DNA of 64,000 bases from Candidatus Melainabacteria bacterium (lineage in GTDB: Bacteria > Vulcanimicrobiota > JABDET01), in contig JABDET010000001.1 in NCBI GenBank assembly GCA_013286945.1, positions 4,590 to 68,589 of the forward strand, written 5' to 3'. The first letter of the stretch is position 1. The number at the start of each line of letters is the position of its first letter. Of this stretch, positions 9,316 through 16,325 are shown in pieces. Made by a program: the position numbers and the translations under genes. The notes below the pieces were generated by a model that did not search any database, had not been told where the DNA came from, and worked only from the letters and a program-made list of their open reading frames with translations.

Positions 9316-10088
9316 TGATCAAAGATCACACCAAACAGATAGCGCCGTGTGGGATCAGCATTGGTTAATCCGAAACTTACCCCAAAATTGAACGTCAAAT
9401 TCTCGTTGGAACGTAGCTGGGTGATCACTTTGATGCTTAACGGGTCCGTGCTAGCTGTTGGATCTTCGTTTTGTTCACCGAAGATTTCTGTTGCATAGGA
9501 CCACCGGCTTTCTTCACTTGGCTCATAGTCAAGCTTGTATTTATAGAACGAGTGATTTCTACGAGGCGTTCCCGCCACTGGTTCCAGCCAATTGTAACCA
9601 TAGTTCAGATGATGTTTGAATTGCTTGGTGTAGTAAGAGACATCAATTTGCCCGGAGAGATCGAAAACGCCATTTCCCAAGTTGTTGTCAAGAGATGCGG
9701 AGGGTGGTTTCACTCCCACGGCAGTCGCCACTTGAATGTGGTTTAAATTCGCTGAGTTCAACTTATATTTAAGGCCAAATTGAATGTCATTGAACCCGGA
9801 TGCGTTTCCAGCCCTGGAATCAAGCAAAAGCGAGTAGGGGAGTTGGATTCCCACATCCAATGAATTTGATAATCCGCATTTGAATCCGGCAGACAAGTTT
9901 CCACTGGTGGAGTTATTTCGCTCTTGATTATAATCGGATTCAAAAAAGAGCTCGCTGTGGCCAGCCGAGACCGTGTCTGCCTCGTCTGTCACATCGATCC
10001 CAGAGTTCGGATAAAATGAATCGGCGAAAGCTCGATAAGGAAACCAAAGAAAAACAAGAAGCCCAACAAGGGCAATCTGGATCGTTCG
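9312..10088 (-). CDS. Putative outer-membrane beta-barrel protein (MetA-pathway/porin-like)
   Basis: The start is re-assigned to the internal Met, giving MRTIQIALVGLLVFLWFPYRAFA as a signal peptide. The rest has an alternating amphipathic beta-strand pattern rich in Y/F/N/G. The upstream N-terminal extension of the called ORF lacks support. Confidence 0.55.
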   Translation of the reverse strand, partial: RTIQIALVGLLVFLWFPYRAFADSFYPNSGIDVTDEADTVSAGHSELFFESDYNQERNNSTSGNLSAGFKCGLSNSLDVGIQLPYSLLLDSRAGNASGFNDIQFGLKYKLNSANLNHIQVATAVGVKPPSASLDNNLGNGVFDLSGQIDVSYYTKQFKHHLNYGYNWLEPVAGTPRRNHSFYKYKLDYEPSEESRWSYATEIFGEQNEDPTASTDPLSIKVITQLRSNENLTFNFGVSFGLTNADPTRRYLFGVIFDH

Positions 10089-10165
10089 CATTCTTATAGA
10101 ATACCTCTCGGAGCCAGGATAAGTCAAGATGCGAAATCGGAAGTATTCACGTTCCATTTCGCGAA

Positions 10166-10747
10166 TTGGAGAGATCAATGAAGTCGCTTAATCGATGTGG
10201 GTGGGCGAGGACTCCACTTTCCGTTCTTTATCATGATAAGGAATGGGGGGTTCCTTTGCACGATGATCGCCGCTTGTTTGAGTTTCTTATTCTTGAGGGG
10301 GCCCAAGCAGGGTTAAGTTGGGAAACCATTCTTGCCAAGCGGGAGAATTATCGCAAAGCTTTTGCACGGTTCCATCCTCATAAGGTAGCGACCTTTACCT
10401 CCCATAAAATCAACGAACTCCTGGATGATTCTGGGATTGTTAGAAATCGATTGAAGATTAATGCGGCCGTCATCAATGCCCAATCTTATCTCCAAGTGCT
10501 GAAGACATTTAAGAGCTTTGATGATTATCTCTGGCAGTTTGTTGAGGGAACCCCGCAGGTGAATCATTGGAAGAACTTGAGGGAAGTTCCTTGTCAATCA
10601 ACCGAATCCAATGCAATGAGCAAGGACCTCTTGAAAAGGGGCTTCAAGTTTGTTGGCCCAACCATTTGTTATGCTTTCATGCAGGCTGTGGGTATGGTGA
10701 ATGATCACACCATGGACTGCTTTCGTCATCAAGAGGTCAACAAGTGA
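10166..10747 (+). CDS. tag: DNA-3-methyladenine glycosylase I
   Basis: Strong Tag family similarity (CGW...WGVPLHDDRRLFEFLILEGAQAGLSWETIL...). Zinc-binding Cys near the N-terminus. Length 193 aa. Confidence 0.9.
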   Translation: MERSMKSLNRCGWARTPLSVLYHDKEWGVPLHDDRRLFEFLILEGAQAGLSWETILAKRENYRKAFARFHPHKVATFTSHKINELLDDSGIVRNRLKINAAVINAQSYLQVLKTFKSFDDYLWQFVEGTPQVNHWKNLREVPCQSTESNAMSKDLLKRGFKFVGPTICYAFMQAVGMVNDHTMDCFRHQEVNK

Positions 10748-10840
10748 AATCCATGAATCCTCAATTTGCTTTCGAATTTCTCAGGAACTCGCTTCGTCAA
10801 AGAGCGGCACAGCATCCTCGAACTCACCGCCCGAGGGTGA

Positions 10841-12895
10841 TTAGAAATTCGAGAAGAGGTTGAACAGGATTTGCCTTTCTTGCACAAAGCGGGTTCCAGT
10901 GAAGTCTGAGATGAAGTTGATGTCTGGTCTTGAGTTAAAAAGATTCAAGATCTCAAGGGAAGCACCGACCGAAGAGAGCCCTGTTTGGTTATCCAGAAAA
11001 GGCTTGTAGCCAAGGCTCAAGTTGGAAACAAAGTTAGGGATACGAGTGTTCCCATTAATCCCATAAGGAAAGATGCCATCCAGGTTATAAATTTCCGCTA
11101 CGGCTTGTGGAAATCCACTCCCATAACGGTTGTCGATGCTGGCATACACGCCATTCGTCCATCGATAGGAAGTTCCAAACGTGAGCGTGTGCCGCTGATC
11201 ATGATCTAGGAAAACCGAGGGAGCCATGGGGGTCGCGACCGACTTAGCCACAGCATACGCATAATTGAAAAATCCATTAAGGCCAGTTTTGTGCTCTGAA
11301 TGCAAACTCACTTCGATGCCATCATCCAACGACCGGTCAAAACTTCGGGGATCGAACAAAGGGATGTTGCTAAGAGGAAGGAGCAAAGCACCATCAATTT
11401 GGTTTCGGAAGTTCTTGATGTAACCCCCGACGTGAAATTTCACTTCGGGTAGCCATTGTTGCTCATAACTCAGATCGTATTCGTTGGCGTATTCGGGAGA
11501 TACCACCGCTCCGGTCAGGTCGGGCTCTAGCGGGGGAACATTGAAAACATGGTTGTAGGAAAAGCGAATGATTTGGTTTCCAGAAAGAGCATAGGCTAAA
11601 TTAAAAAGCGGATTCAGTTGAGCCGTTTGAATCTGAAAGCCGTCATTAAAATTGGATCCGTTGATCCCAATGTCCGCATGGACTCGATCGCTAAAAGTGA
11701 AGTGGTCACTGATGAAAAGTGCTCCACTAAACCCATTGCGATTTACCGCCAGATTGACATGAGAAGAGGGAAGAGTTCCGATCCCTCCAGCATCCAAGAT
11801 ATCGTAGAAGTCTTGGTAATGAATAAAATCAGCTCGACCTCCAAATTCCAAATGGTTATTCTCGGTTAACTTGTCCGTCATCACAGCACTCAAAAGAACT
11901 TGAGAGTTGGTGCGACTAATCAGAGGGAGATAAGGAGAACCGTAGTCCGTCGGGTTGGCAGGTAGCCCAGCCGCGTTGGCATTGGGCATCAACACTGGAT
12001 CGGCCAATGTAAAAGGGGTGAAGACACCGTTATTCGTCACGGTTTCGGTTGCTGAAAGCCACGAGAGACCGAAATGGGATTCGAGGTGATCGGACCACAC
12101 ATGTTCCCAAGAGAGTAAAGCAAAGTTGTTCGCGTTGCGCTCGTGTTGCATAACGCCAGCAGATTGTGCCGAAGGGGTATTCGGAATTCCGAAGTCGGTA
12201 ACTTGTCGCCCCAAACCAAGGCTGTAAGTACTTTTTCCTGAGACATGACTGAGATGGAGAAAACCGCTGGAATCATCCCCCGCATTGTTTAAGGTTTGCG
12301 GATTTGGCTGGGGAGCTTCAAGCCTTAAGTTCGTATGCCTTGATTGACCCCCAACGAAATAGTGCCAGGAATTGTCCTCACTTTTGCCAGCCCAATATCC
12401 GAGAAATTCACGCTGATCGTGATCGCCTACGCTGGGGTCAATCTCAAATTGCGAAGGAAGGCTGCTCGTCAAGGGATTGAGTGAAACAATTCCCCCCAGT
12501 TGTCCTGAAAGTGAGGGATCAAAGCTTCCAGTTTCTAAATCCATTTCGCTTAGAAAGCGCGGGTCGACGAGAGGTCCAAGTTGACCGTCAGGGGCAACGG
12601 GAAACAACACCCCATCCAAAATGTAACTAATCAGATTGTGATCCCCTCGAACGTGCATCTGACCAAACGGATTAAGAACCACACCGGGTACAGTTGCAAC
12701 AACACTTTGCCAAGTTCTTGTATCAGCCATTTGAGTCTCGATGAAATCACGCGAGCGTTCGGCCAATGGGCCTACGGGCAACTTCTTTTCGATGACCGTG
12801 ATGGTCCGTTCTTCCTCGTCGCCATACGAAGGTCGTACAAAGCCTAAGATAAGAATAACAAACAAAAGAAATACTCTTCTTCCTGAAACATTCAT
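10841..12895 (-). CDS. TonB-dependent outer-membrane receptor
   Basis: Signal peptide. An N-terminal plug-like region is followed by a long beta-barrel. The terminal residue is aromatic (…FNLFSNF). Length 684 aa. Confidence 0.8.
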   Translation of the reverse strand: MNVSGRRVFLLFVILILGFVRPSYGDEEERTITVIEKKLPVGPLAERSRDFIETQMADTRTWQSVVATVPGVVLNPFGQMHVRGDHNLISYILDGVLFPVAPDGQLGPLVDPRFLSEMDLETGSFDPSLSGQLGGIVSLNPLTSSLPSQFEIDPSVGDHDQREFLGYWAGKSEDNSWHYFVGGQSRHTNLRLEAPQPNPQTLNNAGDDSSGFLHLSHVSGKSTYSLGLGRQVTDFGIPNTPSAQSAGVMQHERNANNFALLSWEHVWSDHLESHFGLSWLSATETVTNNGVFTPFTLADPVLMPNANAAGLPANPTDYGSPYLPLISRTNSQVLLSAVMTDKLTENNHLEFGGRADFIHYQDFYDILDAGGIGTLPSSHVNLAVNRNGFSGALFISDHFTFSDRVHADIGINGSNFNDGFQIQTAQLNPLFNLAYALSGNQIIRFSYNHVFNVPPLEPDLTGAVVSPEYANEYDLSYEQQWLPEVKFHVGGYIKNFRNQIDGALLLPLSNIPLFDPRSFDRSLDDGIEVSLHSEHKTGLNGFFNYAYAVAKSVATPMAPSVFLDHDQRHTLTFGTSYRWTNGVYASIDNRYGSGFPQAVAEIYNLDGIFPYGINGNTRIPNFVSNLSLGYKPFLDNQTGLSSVGASLEILNLFNSRPDINFISDFTGTRFVQERQILFNLFSNF

Positions 12896-12928
12896 GATGC
12901 AGCTCCTCTTGAATGGATATTTACAATG

Positions 12929-13315
12929 TCAGGAGAGGAGATGCTTGGGAGGGGGAACTTGTGGTAATTCGTGATTCAGTACACACGCGATACCACACTG
13001 AATGACTAACTTGGATCGATGGTCAGAAAAAAAACGGGTACGGAGCGAAACCCAAAAGGGATCGGCTTGAATTGGGTGAGTGATTGATTTTTGTAGATTC
13101 TTGTTTTCGGTGTGGATGATCTGGTGAAGGGTTCTGCAAATATTGCATGGGTGGTTTCCATCAAAGGCGTTTTGCAATGCCACTTTCAGTGGAGCCTCAT
13201 GGAGGTTGTGAATGGTCATGCCCGCCCAGGCCACCGATTTCAAGAACGGCAAGTGAATCCCCATCTGAATGACTAGGGACGCGGCGACAATGAGAGCGAT
13301 GAATCTTGTCAGCAT
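12929..13315 (-). CDS. Hypothetical small Cys-containing protein upstream of TonB-dependent receptor
   Basis: 128 aa with an N-terminal hydrophobic segment and two Cys pairs (HPCNIC, QCGIAC). Its position immediately upstream and co-directional with a TBDR recalls DUF2946-type periplasmic metal-uptake accessory proteins. The family assignment is not certain. Confidence 0.45.
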   Translation of the reverse strand: MLTRFIALIVAASLVIQMGIHLPFLKSVAWAGMTIHNLHEAPLKVALQNAFDGNHPCNICRTLHQIIHTENKNLQKSITHPIQADPFWVSLRTRFFSDHRSKLVIQCGIACVLNHELPQVPPPKHLLS

Positions 13316-13447
13316 ATCTCGTCGCGAGATTCAACTTCCTCGGTGCAAAACCTTTTGACTTACTGCGAGATCAGTGTTGATCCTGTAAAGGACCGAGCGG
13401 GAGGGCTCCGACTTATTAAGGACAGGAATCCTTGGCTCTGAAAGGGA

Positions 13448-13612
13448 GCGAGTGCTGGTTACCGACCGAGCGGATTCACTGCAGTCCAACCAAAAAAATA
13501 ATGGTGAGTCACAAATTCAGTAGGGACATGGATGTCCCGCGGACTGCAGTGGCTCGGAGAACGACCATGGATGGTCGTTCGAGAATCAGCGAGGGAGGTG
13601 ACCAGCACTCGC
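13448..13612 (+). ncRNA. Structured RNA-like repeat element, copy 1 (core, from closing helix to closing helix)
   Basis: Closing 16-bp helix: GCGAGTGCTGGTTACC (13448-13463) pairs with GGTGACCAGCACTCGC (13597-13612). Second helix: CCGAGC[GGATT]CACTGCAGTCC pairs with GGACTGCAGTGGCTCGG. Two hairpins share a TGGA loop: GGGACA-TGGA-TGTCCC (13523-13538) and CGACCA-TGGA-TGGTCG (13562-13577). The T-G pair in the closing helix is a wobble only if the + strand is transcribed. Related copies are at 45598-45761 and 19338-19465. Confidence 0.5.
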
Positions 13613-13670
13613 GACCCCCACAGGGCCAAGGCTGAAAAGGAATCTAGCGGTTTATTACATCCATGTGAAT

Positions 13671-14393
13671 TCAGATCAGCTTGGTCACGAGGAAGATAAA
13701 GAGAACCCCGATGAAGGTCATCAGCATCGGCATGAAAGTTGGATGAGGGCTGTGAGCTTCTGGCAAAATATCGGAAGAGCCGATGCAGAGAAGAAAGCCT
13801 GCAAAGAACCCAAGGTACAAGATGAGCGCTTCGGGTGGCAACGAGAAGAAAAGGGTTGAAGCTGCACCGAGCACGGGCGTAATCGCATCCAAAACCACCA
13901 ATCCCAAACTGTTTTTGGGTTTGTTCCCATGCATGATCATGAGCGAAGCCGTGTTTAGACCATCTGAAAAATCGTGGGCAATGACGGCAAGAGCCACGAG
14001 AATTCCGATGGAGTGCGAAATTTCAAAGCCCAAACCAATGCCGACCCCGTCAAGAAACGAATGCCCGGAAAGGGCTAATGCGGAAAAGATTCCCACACTC
14101 GGGTGTCGGTGCGTTCCATAAGTGGTTTCATGTGCATGGTGGATCATGAGTGTCTTTTCAAGAAAATGAAAAAGTAAGAAACCCACAATGAGGGCCATCA
14201 TCGGTTTTGCGGGATCAGTACCTGTTTGTTCAACCAAGCGGATGATTTCAGGAAGGATATCGAAGGCAACGACGGCTAACAGCACTCCGGCCGTAAATCC
14301 GAGGATAAGATGAAGTTTGTCTTTGTATTTCAAACTAACGAGTCCACCCATCAAGGTGGAGGCAAAGGCTAAAAGGGAAAAGAGTATTCTCAT
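13671..14393 (-). CDS. zupT: ZIP family metal (Zn/Fe) transporter
   Basis: ZIP/ZupT topology and His-rich motifs (HHAHE...; GIGLGFEISHSIGILVALAVIAHDFSDG). Length 240 aa. Confidence 0.88.
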   Translation of the reverse strand: MRILFSLLAFASTLMGGLVSLKYKDKLHLILGFTAGVLLAVVAFDILPEIIRLVEQTGTDPAKPMMALIVGFLLFHFLEKTLMIHHAHETTYGTHRHPSVGIFSALALSGHSFLDGVGIGLGFEISHSIGILVALAVIAHDFSDGLNTASLMIMHGNKPKNSLGLVVLDAITPVLGAASTLFFSLPPEALILYLGFFAGFLLCIGSSDILPEAHSPHPTFMPMLMTFIGVLFIFLVTKLI

Positions 14394-14461
14394 GAATTTA
14401 ACACGGACGTCATAATTCTATTCTGCACACACATGGAGACAGGATGTCGACCTCCTTTCAG

Positions 14462-14493
14462 AATATAATTTGACAGGGATGTCAAATTTTATT
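14462..14493. promoter_or_regulatory. AT-rich near-perfect palindrome, candidate metalloregulator operator
   Basis: AATATAATTTGACA-GGGA-TGTCAAATTTTATT, with 14-nt arms and a 4-nt spacer. It is centred about 85 nt upstream of the ZIP transporter start and overlaps the tonB stop codon. It is AT-rich with no T-tract, so it is not terminator-like. Confidence 0.3.
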
Positions 14494-15199
14494 GCACTTC
14501 ATACTCAATTCTAAGACGTTCGATGGAGGGGACTGAAACTCCGTTTTGCAAGGCAGGCTTCCATCGCCACTGGCGAAGTGTCTGCAGGGTTAGCTGGTCG
14601 AGTTCCGCGCTGCCTGAGCTCGTGAGCAAAGTGACCTGTGCGGTGCCGTCTGCCGCGATATCAAAACGAGCGCGAATAAAAGTTTTCAACGATTCAGATC
14701 TGAGAGAATCGGGGATCTGAGGAACAGGGCTTGTAAGCGCAACCGCTTCACGCGTTTCTCCTTTTGGCCTGGGTGGCGGCGGTGGAGGCGGTGGCGGGGG
14801 GAGATCTGGGGTTGGGACTGTTGGTAATCCCGCATCGCCAGTTCCTTGAGAAACAGGTGGACCACTGCTGCCAGACCCGTCCTGCGCGAGTACATGCGGG
14901 TGAGGCGTACTCGCCGTGGTCGTCTTGGTTCTCGGCTTGGCACTGACTTGCGAATGCCTTGGGACGCTCTTAAGCGGCTTCACCGGAATCGGCTTCGGCT
15001 TTGGTGGCGGAGGAACGGTTTTTGGGGTCTTCAAGGTGACAGTCTTTACTTCCGCTGGATGGAGATCCGCTACAGAAAGCCGCTCGGCACGCGTGTTCCA
15101 AAACCAGCGACCAGCAATCCCCGGCAAAAAGAAAAGATTAAGCGCCAACGAAATGAAAAGCGCTAAATAGAGCGGACCCGAATCTCCAAACCGGCTCAC
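14489..15199 (-). CDS. tonB: Energy transducer TonB
   Basis: N-terminal TM anchor. Long Pro-rich spacer including a PPPPPPPPPPPRP run. C-terminal TonB domain. Overlaps exbD by 4 nt. Confidence 0.85.
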   Translation of the reverse strand: MSRFGDSGPLYLALFISLALNLFFLPGIAGRWFWNTRAERLSVADLHPAEVKTVTLKTPKTVPPPPKPKPIPVKPLKSVPRHSQVSAKPRTKTTTASTPHPHVLAQDGSGSSGPPVSQGTGDAGLPTVPTPDLPPPPPPPPPPRPKGETREAVALTSPVPQIPDSLRSESLKTFIRARFDIAADGTAQVTLLTSSGSAELDQLTLQTLRQWRWKPALQNGVSVPSIERLRIEYEVQ

Positions 15200-15642
15200 G
15201 GACTAATTCCTGTTGGCTCCGCTCTCGGCGTGGTGGCCACGGCAAAATGCGTAATGCCGATCATTCGGCATTCGTCCATGACCTCCACGACCCTTCGATG
15301 GATCACCGACAAATCGGCATTCACAATAACCGTGGCTCTTGAAATTCCCGTTGCGCCGAGCGCACTCACAATGTCTTGCTTCAGGGCACTCCCGACGGTT
15401 TCTTCGGTAATCGGTGTTTTGTTGATGAAGTATTGATTGTCTTTGGTGATCGTCACAATAAACTCCATTTGTTTTAAATCCTGACCGGTGGCGGCTTTGG
15501 GGAGATCCACAGGGATGGCTTCTTGGTGAGCCAGGGCCAATGAAGAAAGAATGTAAAACACCAAGAGAAAGAACATGGTGTCGATCATCGGAATCAGCTC
15601 GATTCGAGGTTTCTTGATCGTTCGATGTGTGGTGAGTTTCAT
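15196..15642 (-). CDS. exbD: Biopolymer transport protein ExbD/TolR
   Basis: 148 aa. Single N-terminal TM helix (IPMIDTMFFLLVFYIL). ExbD family similarity. Coupled to exbB and tonB. Confidence 0.9.
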   Translation of the reverse strand: MKLTTHRTIKKPRIELIPMIDTMFFLLVFYILSSLALAHQEAIPVDLPKAATGQDLKQMEFIVTITKDNQYFINKTPITEETVGSALKQDIVSALGATGISRATVIVNADLSVIHRRVVEVMDECRMIGITHFAVATTPRAEPTGISP

Positions 15643-16325
15643 CGGACCGTTCCTTGCTCCCCTTTGAATTGGGTGTCCTCTATCACAGTCGAAATTCCAT
15701 CTGGACTTTTCGTAATCATTCGAATGAGATGGGTGGCTTGTCGCTCCGTCTCCGTAATGATGGCTTCATTCCAGGCGGTGAAGAGATTGTAAAAAACCAA
15801 GGCCACCACGGCAATGGAAATGCCGGTGGCGGTCGCTATGAGCGATTCCGCGATTCCTCCGGTGATTCCTGAAGTGTCGGCATGGGGATTGTGAGAGAGT
15901 TTGTCAGCCACCACACGAAAAACCCCCATCAAGCCGGTGATCGTTCCCAAAAGTCCAAGGAGTGGAGCAGCGGTAATGACAGTGTCAAGAATAGGAAGGT
16001 AGTGTCGTAGGCTTGGGAAAGACTCTCGGGCGGCTTCTTCCATTGCCAGTTCCATGGCTTGCTTTCCTCGTTTTCGTTCAACAAGTCCAGCCAGCAAGGT
16101 CTTGGATGTGGGGTCAGATTTGGTTTCCAACAGCCGCATGGCCTCGTCCCACCGCTCGTTCCTGATGTGCTCCTCGATCTCTCGGAGACTCTTCTTGCCT
16201 GAGTGGGCAATGGAGTGAAGTGTCCAGTAACGCTCAAGTATCACAGCAACAGCCAGCACGGAAGCAATGAAAAGAGGATACATCATGATTCCGCCTGACT
16301 GGAAAAGCTTAAATAATTGATTCAT
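15639..16325 (-). CDS. exbB: MotA/TolQ/ExbB proton-channel protein
   Basis: 228 aa with three TM helices and conserved ExbB C-terminal half (ITGGIAESLIATATGISIAVVAL). Confidence 0.9.
   Translation of the reverse strand: MNQLFKLFQSGGIMMYPLFIASVLAVAVILERYWTLHSIAHSGKKSLREIEEHIRNERWDEAMRLLETKSDPTSKTLLAGLVERKRGKQAMELAMEEAARESFPSLRHYLPILDTVITAAPLLGLLGTITGLMGVFRVVADKLSHNPHADTSGITGGIAESLIATATGISIAVVALVFYNLFTAWNEAIITETERQATHLIRMITKSPDGISTVIEDTQFKGEQGTVR

Noticed and set aside
13432-13635. 67-aa ORF (and its paralog 45485..45784, 99 aa) spanning the repeated structured element
   Set aside because: All sequence differences between the two copies are non-synonymous. They coincide with compensatory base-pair changes in RNA-like helices. 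That pattern fits a structured nucleic acid, not a protein under purifying selection.
14462-14493. AT-rich palindrome as intrinsic terminator of tonB
   Set aside because: The stem is AT-rich and lacks a 3' U-tract on the tonB strand. It fits an operator for the downstream ZIP gene better.
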